64,000 bases of DNA from an uncultured Spirochaetota bacterium (GTDB lineage: Bacteria; Spirochaetota; UBA4802; UBA5550), in assembly GCA_963827275.1 (NCBI GenBank), contig CAWHAA010000002.1, positions 96,001-160,000 on the forward strand, read 5' to 3'. Of this stretch, positions 21,153-30,294 are shown piece by piece. Below the pieces are notes generated by a model. It saw only the letters and a list, made by a program, of their open reading frames with translations. It made no database searches and was not told the DNA's origin. The stretch's first letter is position 1. Each line of letters begins with the position of its first letter. Both the position numbers and the translations under genes were made by a program.

Positions 21153-21829
21153 ACGGCTTTCTTGAATCAGCGTTAAAGCGGTTCATGGTGAAGGATTACG
21201 ACAGCGCGATCCGCGAGCTGAAGGCCGCCGAGGTGCTCGACAGTGATAATCCGGAGATCCTCTATAACCTGGGGATCAATTACTGCCGGATGGGTCTTGA
21301 CAAGACGGCGATCGGGTATTTCAAAAAGCTGTTGACCCTGGACCACGCGTTCATCGATGCCCTCGAGGTTAAAAAGCTCATTGCGTACGCCCTGATACAT
21401 ATACGGGAATACGGGGAATCCGAGACATACCTTGACCAGGTCCTCGATCTGGTTCCCTCCGACCTTGCGGCCATGAACATGAAGGCATACTGCCTTGAAA
21501 TGCAGGGAAGGCACGCGGAGGCGCTGCACCTCTACGGGTCGATAATTGAACTCGATAAAAAAAATTTCAACGCGTACAATTCGATTGCATACATCATGGC
21601 AACGACCGGCGGGGACCCGCGGCAGGCGCTCAGATTCGCGCGCATCGCGCACGACGCCAACAAGGAATACCCGGCGTATATGGATACGCTCGGGTATGTC
21701 TATCTGAAAATGGGTGATCTCGATCGGGCAGGGGAGTATTTGCAGGCGGCGCTTGAGCGGGCCCCGTTTTCAGAGACCATAAAGGGGCACCTGGATGAGT
21801 TGAAAACAATGCGGAACTCTGCGCGGTAA
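21122..21829 (+). CDS. Tetratricopeptide-repeat protein
   Basis: TPR consensus segments (ILYNLGINY, AYNSIAY, MDTLGYVYLKMGD); overlaps the surE 3' end. Confidence 0.85.
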   Translation: MSETPLQNKIDGFLESALKRFMVKDYDSAIRELKAAEVLDSDNPEILYNLGINYCRMGLDKTAIGYFKKLLTLDHAFIDALEVKKLIAYALIHIREYGESETYLDQVLDLVPSDLAAMNMKAYCLEMQGRHAEALHLYGSIIELDKKNFNAYNSIAYIMATTGGDPRQALRFARIAHDANKEYPAYMDTLGYVYLKMGDLDRAGEYLQAALERAPFSETIKGHLDELKTMRNSAR

Positions 21830-21993
21830 CTGCGCACTCCCGGGCCGGGCATTTTTCGTATGCATTTGCTTAAAAAGGGACCGGCGAGATGTTTTACCTG
21901 TCATGGTACAAACGCCGCGGACAAATAATTGAATTAATATCTTGACATTTCACCACTTTCACAAAATATTTGAATCCTGATAAGGAAATACGA

Positions 21994-22341
21994 ATGAAAT
22001 ATCAGCATAAAATAACCTCAGACATGGTGAGCAACGTTCCCGTTATTTTTATCGAGGGCGATTTGACATCGGATGCTGACGGCGATGCCAAAAGCGTGTA
22101 TGCCGATGTCAGGGATAAATACTCTCCGAAAAAACTGATCGTTAATTTTGAGCATACCAAATATATCAACTCATCCGGCATTGCGACCCTGATTCACATC
22201 ATCCAGGATGTCAATGAGAAGGGCGGGGTCATCGCGTTCGTCGGGATGTCCGAGCACCTGAAAAAAGTTATGAGCATTGTCGGCATTTCCGATTTCGTGC
22301 AGATATTCAATTCAAACAATGATGCACTGCAATCTTTGTAA
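21994..22341 (+). CDS. STAS-domain anti-sigma factor antagonist
   Basis: IEGDL and YINSSGIATL (phosphorylatable Ser motif); TAAGGA RBS upstream. Confidence 0.85.
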   Translation: MKYQHKITSDMVSNVPVIFIEGDLTSDADGDAKSVYADVRDKYSPKKLIVNFEHTKYINSSGIATLIHIIQDVNEKGGVIAFVGMSEHLKKVMSIVGISDFVQIFNSNNDALQSL

Positions 22342-22456
22342 ATTCGGTTTCAATGTTCACGTCGTACGCCTCGTCGCAGCATCATTTCAAACATGCGCAT
22401 TCATTACCCATATATAGTGTTCGTTGATCTACAGGTAGATTCTGCCCCGGGTGGTT

Positions 22457-24043
22457 ATGATGGCTGCAAAAGGAAAATACAGGGACGATTGCATATTTGT
22501 TATTGATGCCGGCACCCAGTCGATCAGGGCCGCGATTATTGATATGCACGGTGCGATCCGTGATATCGTGAAGACGCCGATTGAGCCGTATTATTCAGAG
22601 CATCCCGGCTGGGCCGAGCAGGACCCGGAATATTTCTGGAAGAATCTCTGCCTCACCTGTAAAAAATTGCTGAAAACAATGTCGGGCGACATCACGGCGG
22701 TCAGGGGCGTTACCGTCACGACGCAGCGTGACACGATGATCAATGTCGATAAAAGCGGGAAGCCCCTGCGTCCCGCCATTGTCTGGCTTGACCAGAGAAA
22801 GGCTGACAAGGGAGCTTGGCCGCCGCTCCCTCTCGCCGTTCTGTTAAAATCGATCAATATGTATGATGCCAGCATCCACACCTACCGGGAGACTGAATCC
22901 AACTGGATCCGCCAGAATCAGCCGGAGATCTGGGAGCGCACGCATAAATACCTTCTCCTGTCCGGGTTTTTTTCCTACCGGCTCACCGGTGAATATGTCG
23001 ATTCAATCGGTTGCACCGTCGGGTACCTGCCGTTCGATTACAAGAAGCACCAGTGGCTGTCAAAGAGCGAAATCACGTGGGGGATTTTTGACTTCGACCT
23101 CTCCCTCATGCCGGAACTGGTGAAGCCGTCCGGGCTCATGGGCCATATTACGAGGAAGGCGTCGAAGGAAACAGGGCTGCCGGAAGGGCTGCCCGTCATC
23201 GCCGCAGCCGCGGACAAGGCATGCGAAGTGCTTGGCTCCGGGTGCCTTACCCCGGAAATTGCCTGCCTCAGCTACGGGACCACGGCCACGGTGGAAACGA
23301 CGAATCAGAAGTATGTCGAGGTGGTCCCCTTTTTCCCGCCGTACCCGAGTGCGGTCCCCGGCGCCTACAATACCGAGGTGATGATCTTACGCGGCTACTG
23401 GATGGTGAGCTGGTTTAAAAAGGAATTCGGTCTGCGTGAAGTAGAGATAGCGAAAAAAAGGAACATCGCGCCGGAGGTGTTGTTCGACCAGATGGTTGCA
23501 ACTGTCCCGCCGGGGTCCATGGGGCTGACCCTCCAGCCGTTCTGGTCTCCGGGCGTGAAGATCCCGGGCCCCGAGGCGAAGGGAGCGATCATCGGGTTCG
23601 GCGATGTCCACACCAGGGCGCATATTTACCGGGCGATCCTCGAGGGGCTTGCATACGCCCTCAAGGAAGGGAGCCTGCGCACCGAGAAGAAAAACAAGGT
23701 CCGCATCGAGCGGCTACGGGTCTCCGGCGGCGGTTCCCAGAGCGATGTCGCCATGCAGCTCACCGCAGATATCTTTGACCTTCCCGCTGAACGTCCCCAT
23801 ACCTATGAGACATCCGCACTGGGGGCGGCCATGGACGCGGCCGTGGGGCTCTCGCTCTACCCTGATTTCAAGAGCGCGACAGCGGGCATGACGCGTCTCA
23901 GGGACGTGTTTGAACCGATACCGAAGAACAGGGACCTCTACCGGGAGCTGTATGAGCGGGTATACCTGAAGCTCTATGACAGGCTCAAGCCCCTCTATGA
24001 CGGCATACGGGATATTACCGGGTACCCCCCAAAAATCCGATAA
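22457..24043 (+). CDS. FGGY-family carbohydrate kinase
   Basis: IDAGTQSIRA, GWAEQDP, AIVWLDQR, SYGTT, RAILEGLAY, SGGGSQS, SALGAA. Confidence 0.9.
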   Translation: MMAAKGKYRDDCIFVIDAGTQSIRAAIIDMHGAIRDIVKTPIEPYYSEHPGWAEQDPEYFWKNLCLTCKKLLKTMSGDITAVRGVTVTTQRDTMINVDKSGKPLRPAIVWLDQRKADKGAWPPLPLAVLLKSINMYDASIHTYRETESNWIRQNQPEIWERTHKYLLLSGFFSYRLTGEYVDSIGCTVGYLPFDYKKHQWLSKSEITWGIFDFDLSLMPELVKPSGLMGHITRKASKETGLPEGLPVIAAAADKACEVLGSGCLTPEIACLSYGTTATVETTNQKYVEVVPFFPPYPSAVPGAYNTEVMILRGYWMVSWFKKEFGLREVEIAKKRNIAPEVLFDQMVATVPPGSMGLTLQPFWSPGVKIPGPEAKGAIIGFGDVHTRAHIYRAILEGLAYALKEGSLRTEKKNKVRIERLRVSGGGSQSDVAMQLTADIFDLPAERPHTYETSALGAAMDAAVGLSLYPDFKSATAGMTRLRDVFEPIPKNRDLYRELYERVYLKLYDRLKPLYDGIRDITGYPPKIR

Positions 24044-24063
24044 CGCGGGACGAGGTTGTTGCA

Positions 24064-24405
24064 ATGGGTATCATCCAGTATTCTTCTTCCCGCCATGGCT
24101 CTATCACGCTGATCCATCTCGGCGGCAGCCTGGACGCGGAAACAGCCCCTAAATTCGACGCCAAGCTCAAAGGGGAAATAGAAAGGGGAACGAAAAAAAT
24201 CATCTGCAATCTTGAACGCCTCGATTATATCGCCAGTGCAGGGCTCGGTGTCCTGATCAGCGCCAACGACCTGCTGCGAAAGCAGGGCGGGGAGCTCAGG
24301 ATCGCGGCAATGAATGAAAAGATACGAAAAATATTCAAGCTCCTCGGGTTCATCAATCTCTTCAAGATCTTCGAAAATGACCAGAAGGCGATGGACTCTT
24401 TCTGA
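24064..24405 (+). CDS. STAS-domain anti-sigma factor antagonist (RsbV/SpoIIAA-like)
   Basis: LGGSLDAETAP and LDYIASAGLGVL. Confidence 0.9.
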   Translation: MGIIQYSSSRHGSITLIHLGGSLDAETAPKFDAKLKGEIERGTKKIICNLERLDYIASAGLGVLISANDLLRKQGGELRIAAMNEKIRKIFKLLGFINLFKIFENDQKAMDSF

Positions 24406-24482
24406 GCCCCCGGGCAGCCGGGCGAACCGACGGCAGGCAATCCTTTGACGGAGGACTCTGAAGCCGCATCAGACAACATCTC

Positions 24483-24905
24483 ATGACGGATGTTCCGAAA
24501 CATATTTCCATCGAAATCCCGCGATCGACAGGGAAGCTTGACTACCTGCGGGAAACGGTCGTCGGGTTCCTGCAGGGCCTGCACATCGACGAGGGCCCGG
24601 TGTCGCGGATCGAGCTGTCGGTCTATGAAGCGGTGGTGAACATCATCGAGCATTCTGTGCCCGCATACAGCGACAGGGACATACGGATTGAATGCGGTGT
24701 GGAGGGGAATGAGGTGGCCATCGCGATTTCGCATTACGGCGATGCGTTTGATATAACCAAGGCTGCGCTCCCGGACATCGAGCAGCACTACAAATCAGGC
24801 AAGATGCGCGGGCTCGGCATCTACTTTATCATGACCCTGATGGACAGGGTCGAGTATTCGCATGATAACATGACGAGCACCCTGCGGATGTATAAAAGGA
24901 TATGA
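24483..24905 (+). CDS. RsbW/SpoIIAB-like anti-sigma factor Ser kinase (HATPase_c)
   Basis: ELSVYEAVVNIIEH (N-box) and RGLGIYFIMTLMD. Confidence 0.88.
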   Translation: MTDVPKHISIEIPRSTGKLDYLRETVVGFLQGLHIDEGPVSRIELSVYEAVVNIIEHSVPAYSDRDIRIECGVEGNEVAIAISHYGDAFDITKAALPDIEQHYKSGKMRGLGIYFIMTLMDRVEYSHDNMTSTLRMYKRI

Positions 24906-24929
24906 CCTCCCGCGCCGGTCCGGCGGAGG

Positions 24930-26119
24930 TCAGGAGTGATAGAGCTCGCATTTCCCCGACATGAGGTATTTTACGCCTTCATCAAGCCCGTCAAGCGTCA
25001 GCTCGAACATCGGGAATATGCCGCGTATCATGCGGATGGTCTGGATATAGTTCCATGAGCGAGAGGGGAGCGTGTTCAGCCAGATGATGTTTTTAAACTT
25101 GTCCCTGAACCGCTGGAGCCAGACGATCCCCGGCGTATCGTTGTAATACCAGTAGTCAATAGCGCCGTTCACCCAGGTCAGCTCTGAGGGCGCCATCTCG
25201 CCGTCTCCCACGATGATCACCTTGTAGTCGTTGTCCTCGCTTCTCAGGATGTCCATTGTGGACACGGATTGATTGCGCTCGATGTCCGTGCAAAGCTCCT
25301 GGTAGATGCAGTTATGAAAGTAATAATGCTTGAATTTGCTGATCTGCGAAGAGGCGGCGGAAAAGAGCCGCTCACCAGCTCCGCGTAGGGCGTCATCGAT
25401 CCGCCCACGTCCATGAGTATCATGACCTTTGAGGCCTTTTTTTCCTTGTTTTCCCAGATCAGTTCAATTTCACCCGCATTTTTACAGGTCGCGTCTATGG
25501 TCTCCTCGACGTTCAGCTTCTCCCCGAGGCCGATGGGAAGGAGGGAGCGCAGGTGCGAGAGCGCGACCTTCATCTGGCGCGTGTCCAGGGTGATATCGCT
25601 CGAATAATTGCGGAAGCTCCTCTTCTCCGCGATCTGCACCGCGCGCTTGTGGCGGGACTCACCCTGGCCGATGCGGATTCCCGCGGGGTTGTATCCCCAC
25701 GCTCCCTGCGTTGACCGCCCGCCGGTGCCGATGGCCTTGTTCCCGCCGACGTGGTCCTTGTAGTGGCCCGCCTTCATCTGCTCCTCGAAGTTTTTCAGTA
25801 TCTCGTCAAGGTTCAGCTCCTCGATCTGCTTCTTTTCCTCCTCGGTGAGATGGAGCTCCTTGACCTTCTTGAGGCCGGCCAGGATCTCCTCGAGCATTTC
25901 ATCGGTTGTCTCGATGTCCTTGAAGGTGTCGAGGAACGCCATGTCGTACTTGTCGAAGTGGATCTCGTGTTTTACCAATATTGATTTTGCGATATGGTAG
26001 AAGTCGGTCAGGCTGCAGTTGTTGAGGTTCAACGCCAGGGCGTGGTGGAGGGTTATCCACTCATGCATCGAGACCGGCACGCCGTGCGACTTCAGCGAGA
26101 AGAAAAAATTAATAAACAT
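24930..26119 (-). CDS. vWA-domain (CoxE-like) partner of MoxR ATPase, interrupted by a 1-nt deletion near 25372
   Basis: GGNKAIGTGG and LMDVGGSM (MIDAS) lie in ORF 25244-26119. After a shift the frame reads RLFSAA...YYFHNCIY and joins ORF 24930-25265 (VIIVGDGEMAP). Confidence 0.82.
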
Positions 26120-26963
26120 CCCGCGTCCTCATGCTGGTGTTGTAGGCGTAGTGTGATTTTCCCGATTTTTCCACGAGGTCGACGTCCTCCTTCTTCTTGA
26201 GAAGCGTTCCCACAAAGGGGATCTCCTGCTCGATGGTCTTCGGCGGGATGCCGCCCACGATCAGTGCCTGGATCCAGTCGATCAGCTCGCTCGTCGAGGG
26301 CTTTTTCCTGAGCATGTCGAATTCGCGTATCCAGTAGAAGCGCTTCAGCGACTCGCGCAGAAGGGTCTTTTCAATTTTCGGGAAATGGACCTTTATGATG
26401 TCTTCCATGAGCGCGGTGTCGGGGAACTCGATATAGTGGAAGACGCACCGCCTGAGGAACGGGTCCGGGAGCTCCTTCTCGCTGTTGGACGTGATGATAA
26501 CGATGGGGCGGTGTTTCGCCTTGATTGTCTCGGCGGTTTCCGGAATGTGAAAGCTCATCTCGTCGAGCTCGTTCAGGAGGTCATTTGGAAATTCAAGCTC
26601 CGCCTTGTCTATTTCATCGATAAGAAGGACGACCTGCTCATCCGCGTTGAACGCCTCGCCCAGCTTGCCGAGCTTGATGTATTTTTTTATGTCAGAGATG
26701 TCGCCGTCCCCGAACCGCGCGTCATTGAGCCGCTGGACGGTGTCGTACAGGTACAGGCCTTCCTTGGCCTTGGTCGTCGACTTGATGTTCCAGATTATGA
26801 GCTGTTTTCCCAGCCCCTTCGCGATTGAATGTGCCAGGAGCGTTTTCCCGGTACCCGGTTCGCCCTTGACGATAAGCGGCCTGCCGAGCGCGATAGAGAC
26901 ATTGACATTGTCGCGCAGCGCCTGCGACAAAACGTATTCATCAGATCCCTTAAAGTAGTTCAT
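26109..26963 (-). CDS. MoxR family AAA+ ATPase
   Basis: KGEPGTGKT Walker A, LLIDEIDKA Walker B, ITSNSEKELPDPFLRRC; AAGGTG RBS before ATG 26963. Confidence 0.92.
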   Translation of the reverse strand: MNYFKGSDEYVLSQALRDNVNVSIALGRPLIVKGEPGTGKTLLAHSIAKGLGKQLIIWNIKSTTKAKEGLYLYDTVQRLNDARFGDGDISDIKKYIKLGKLGEAFNADEQVVLLIDEIDKAELEFPNDLLNELDEMSFHIPETAETIKAKHRPIVIITSNSEKELPDPFLRRCVFHYIEFPDTALMEDIIKVHFPKIEKTLLRESLKRFYWIREFDMLRKKPSTSELIDWIQALIVGGIPPKTIEQEIPFVGTLLKKKEDVDLVEKSGKSHYAYNTSMRTRDVY

Positions 26964-27101
26964 ACCGATCACCTTTTATTGATAGTGCCTTTTGTAACCA
27001 ATACAGAGTATCGCACCGTAACTGGCAAGTATTTTTGGAGCTTTTATCGTTGACATCCGGGGGGAATTCGAATAATTTACTGAATAACCATCGGGAATGA
27101 C

Positions 27102-27911
27102 ATGAAAAAAATCGCTATTATCGCGCTGGCGCTCCTTGTGCCGCTATCGGCATCCGCAGTCCATTTTGAAGAGCTCGACAAGCCTCCTGAGGGGGCGCAC
27201 CAGGGCCAGATGATGCTCGGCGCCTTTGCCACGATCGGCGTGCCGTATGGAAGCATTATCAGCGCCGAGAAAAGCTTTACCAGGTATTCCACCTACACCT
27301 TCCTGGACAATCTTGTCACAAAGAGATTTTTGCTGCAGCACCTCTCCTTCAGCTACGGGATCTTCTATGAATATATGCCGGTGGACCACCTCGGGATAAA
27401 GGTCAAGATGAAGCGGTCATCGGTAGTGCAGCGGTCGCAGTTCGGCACCGAGTACCAGAACTGGTCCAAAACGCTCTACAGCGACTACTCGTTTTTTCTC
27501 GGGCCCTCCGTGCATGTCACCGCGAGGAAACAGTGGGATATATCTTTCACCCCGTTTGTGGGCTACGCACTCGGGAATTACAGCGCGACGCCTGTGGCGA
27601 AGAGGCTCGTGTATAATTTCAGCGTGCAGCAGATACCGGTTGAGCATGTCATATTCTGGTACGGCGGGAAAAGGAACAAGCAGGCCTACAACGTGGTCAT
27701 AGGCGGGGAGCTCGATCTGACGGTCTATTTCAGCCGCGGATTCATGCTGTCGTTCGGGTTCGACTGGACCATGAACATGCTTGAATTTAACGGGGCGTTT
27801 TACCTGATGAATCCGCAGTTGCCGTATCTCTGGTTCTTTCCGAACAAGAATTCGTCATACCTGCATTCTGTATGCTTCATCCTTTCTGCCGGCTACGCGT
27901 TTTCCAACTGA
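27102..27911 (+). CDS. Exported hypothetical protein, probable outer-membrane beta-barrel
   Basis: Signal peptide MKKIAIIALALLVPLSASA; aromatic-rich alternating strands; C-terminus LSAGYAFSN. Confidence 0.6.
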   Translation: MKKIAIIALALLVPLSASAVHFEELDKPPEGAHQGQMMLGAFATIGVPYGSIISAEKSFTRYSTYTFLDNLVTKRFLLQHLSFSYGIFYEYMPVDHLGIKVKMKRSSVVQRSQFGTEYQNWSKTLYSDYSFFLGPSVHVTARKQWDISFTPFVGYALGNYSATPVAKRLVYNFSVQQIPVEHVIFWYGGKRNKQAYNVVIGGELDLTVYFSRGFMLSFGFDWTMNMLEFNGAFYLMNPQLPYLWFFPNKNSSYLHSVCFILSAGYAFSN

Positions 27912-27953
27912 CCACGCCGCTCAGGTACCTGCGTGACCGCGCGCGGTCACCGT

Positions 27954-28448
27954 TCAGCAGCCGCATGAATCGTCGGAGCACGATCCACCGGAGCAGCAGT
28001 CGCACCCGCTCGAGAGCTGGGCCTCGTCATTCACGGCGATTACCTTCACTTTGAAATGGAGGGTCTTCCCCGCAAGCGGATGGTTCAGATCGAGGATCGC
28101 GTCCTCGCCGGTGACGGTGGTGACGCGGGCGGGGATGAGGTGGCCGTCTTCCATCTGCACGGAAATGACCATCCCGGGCTCGGGTTTGAAATTCGCGTTC
28201 ATCTCTTTCAGCGGGACGGTAATCACGAATTCGCTGTTGTAATCGCCGTAGCCGTCCTCGGCGCTGACGGTGACATCTTTTTCGTCGCTGATCGCCATTG
28301 CCGCCACGGCGCGGTCAAGCCCCCCGATAATCATCCCGGACCCCACCTGGAATTCAAGGGGCTCCTGGCCGACATTGGAGTCAAAGACCTCTCCGTCATC
28401 AAATGTTCCGGTATATTCAATCTGTACGAATTTTCCTTCTTCAATCAT
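27954..28448 (-). CDS. FKBP-type peptidyl-prolyl isomerase (SlyD-like) with Cys-rich tail
   Basis: GEVFDS, IIGGLD, DLNHPLAGKTLHF; tail CDCCSGGSCSDDSCGC. Confidence 0.9.
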   Translation of the reverse strand: MIEEGKFVQIEYTGTFDDGEVFDSNVGQEPLEFQVGSGMIIGGLDRAVAAMAISDEKDVTVSAEDGYGDYNSEFVITVPLKEMNANFKPEPGMVISVQMEDGHLIPARVTTVTGEDAILDLNHPLAGKTLHFKVKVIAVNDEAQLSSGCDCCSGGSCSDDSCGC

Positions 28449-28589
28449 CGCTCTTCTCCTTTGTGCTGCTTGATCGTGTTCTGACGGGCCTGAAATGGGG
28501 ATATCAGAATTAATGGCATTGTATTATTTGTCCGGTTATTGTAAACCCAAATTTATCTGCGGCCGGCATTTCCGGCTCCCCAGGCAGCG

Positions 28590-29633
28590 TCACTCATCAT
28601 CGGCCGGTGGGTCTGTCAGCATGAGGAGCCGCATCACCTGCAGGGTCACCCACTTGCTTTTTCTGCCCGCATGCTGTCGGGGCCGGTTCCCGTTCATCAT
28701 CCCCGTCCCCGCATGTTCCATGTTCCAGGTGCCGTCGTCGTTCTGGCGGGACATGACCAGGTTGAAGGCCTCGCCGGTGCGGCGGTCCGCGAGTAGACCC
28801 GCCTTTGCTATGAAGAGGAGCCCGTACAGGATATCGTACTGGGACATGACAGGGTATCCGATGCGCCTGAAGTCGGGGTTCCAGCTCCCCCTGGGCCGCA
28901 CCGGCTTCCCGCGTGACGTTTTGTACAGGGAGCGCCTCAGGAAAAATTCGGCCGCGCGCAGTAGCTGCCCGTTATACCGGTCTGACCCCGCCCGTGCGGC
29001 ATATTCGACAAGGGCCATGGAGCAGGCGATGGTAGCGTAGAAGCAGCTTGTCACCGCCGGGTCTTTTTCGCGGCGGAGACCGCTCCCCGGCTTTCTGAGG
29101 AGGATAAGCCTGAGCTGGTCGCAGGCGCCGGCAATCGGACAGTGGAGCCAGCCGCCGTCATGGCGCTGGGTGCGGGCTATCCACTCGATCCCTTTCGCTA
29201 CTCGTTCATCGTTGAATCCTGCGCGAAGAAGATATTTTATCATGTCGCCGGTCCTGCATGCCACCTCTTCGTGCGGGGTCCAGTTCAGGGTGAACCCGCC
29301 CGATCGGGTCTGGGAAGCGGCGAAGATGAGATCGGCGGTATTTCGCAGGAGGGGCGTGCGGGCGTCTAGGCCCCGCTCCACCGCCTCGGCGAAGCACCAC
29401 ATGGCGCCTTTGTAGAACAGGTCGAAATGCCTGATGTCACCGAAGCAGGTGCCGTTCCTGTTGGTCAGCCGCTGTATCTCAGCTGATTGCGCGACACGCT
29501 CATACCCGTCTGTGTCGCTCTCGAGCCCGAGTAATTCCCTGCGGGAGAGATAGCTGATGGAAGGATCAGCTTCTTCCAGGAGCCATTCTACGGGATCGCC
29601 GTTTAAATATTTGCTGTTCAATTGTGACCGCAC
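28590..29633 (-). CDS. Prenyltransferase/squalene-cyclase-like repeat protein
   Basis: QW-like repeats QTRSGGF, QRHDGGW, QNDDGTW; C-terminal SKWVTL. Confidence 0.65.
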   Translation of the reverse strand: MRSQLNSKYLNGDPVEWLLEEADPSISYLSRRELLGLESDTDGYERVAQSAEIQRLTNRNGTCFGDIRHFDLFYKGAMWCFAEAVERGLDARTPLLRNTADLIFAASQTRSGGFTLNWTPHEEVACRTGDMIKYLLRAGFNDERVAKGIEWIARTQRHDGGWLHCPIAGACDQLRLILLRKPGSGLRREKDPAVTSCFYATIACSMALVEYAARAGSDRYNGQLLRAAEFFLRRSLYKTSRGKPVRPRGSWNPDFRRIGYPVMSQYDILYGLLFIAKAGLLADRRTGEAFNLVMSRQNDDGTWNMEHAGTGMMNGNRPRQHAGRKSKWVTLQVMRLLMLTDPPADDE

Positions 29634-29961
29634 TATACTTATGGTGTGTGATCGGCAACAGATTGTCTGCCAGATGCGGGTTTATGTCAATGTATTTACC
29701 TGTTGCCAATGTGATGGCGCCCCATGCGGAGCATCCGATGCACGATGCATCCGCTATCAGCGGGTTGTGAGCAATAACAATCTGTTTTGATTTGAAATTA
29801 TCATGACGGTTATGTATAATTAATCAGGTACTGCATATTAATTTTTTATCTAAAAAATATAAAAAAATTATGATAAAAAAGTAAGAAAATATGCATATTT
29901 TACCGTTAATTTAATATAGGCATCCATAGATATGCCTATAAACGCGCCCTGGAGAGCCAGT

Positions 29962-30276
29962 ATGGATGAATATATCCCTGAAAATAATCTCGTTGTCCTT
30001 TTTTTATTGATGATTCTTACCCTTGGACTCTATTATTTCTGGTGGCTGGCCCGTACCAGCAGGGTATTTAATGACGATCCGGTCATCAATATTTTGCTCA
30101 CGGTATTCACTCTTGGCATATGGGGCATGTACCTGAACCTGAAGTATTTACAGAAGTCGGAGATGCTGAACGGCAGGGACGTAAAATGGTACATGATATT
30201 GTTTTTACCGTTTATCATAATATTCCCCATCATTATACAGCACAATGTGAATGAGAAATTTTTCCCGGGTCGCTAA
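29962..30276 (+). CDS. Small membrane protein (DUF4234-like)
   Basis: Duplicated motif LMILTLGLYYFWW / LTVFTLGIWGMY; GGAG RBS before ATG 29962. Confidence 0.7.
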   Translation: MDEYIPENNLVVLFLLMILTLGLYYFWWLARTSRVFNDDPVINILLTVFTLGIWGMYLNLKYLQKSEMLNGRDVKWYMILFLPFIIIFPIIIQHNVNEKFFPGR

Positions 30277-30294
30277 GATTGTCAGGAGACAGCA

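Noticed and set aside
27920..27956. Possible selenocysteine readthrough at the SlyD-like Cys-TGA stop, which is followed by a hairpin
   Set aside because: The hairpin is a perfect palindrome between convergent genes and resembles other intergenic hairpins here. Readthrough adds only ten unremarkable residues before another TGA, and no sel genes are in the window.
29765..29781. lac operator look-alike TTGTGAGCAATAACAAT
   Set aside because: It is one base shorter than lacO with a central mismatch, and no vector or lac sequence is nearby. The spacing does not fit a Rex box either, so it is probably coincidence.
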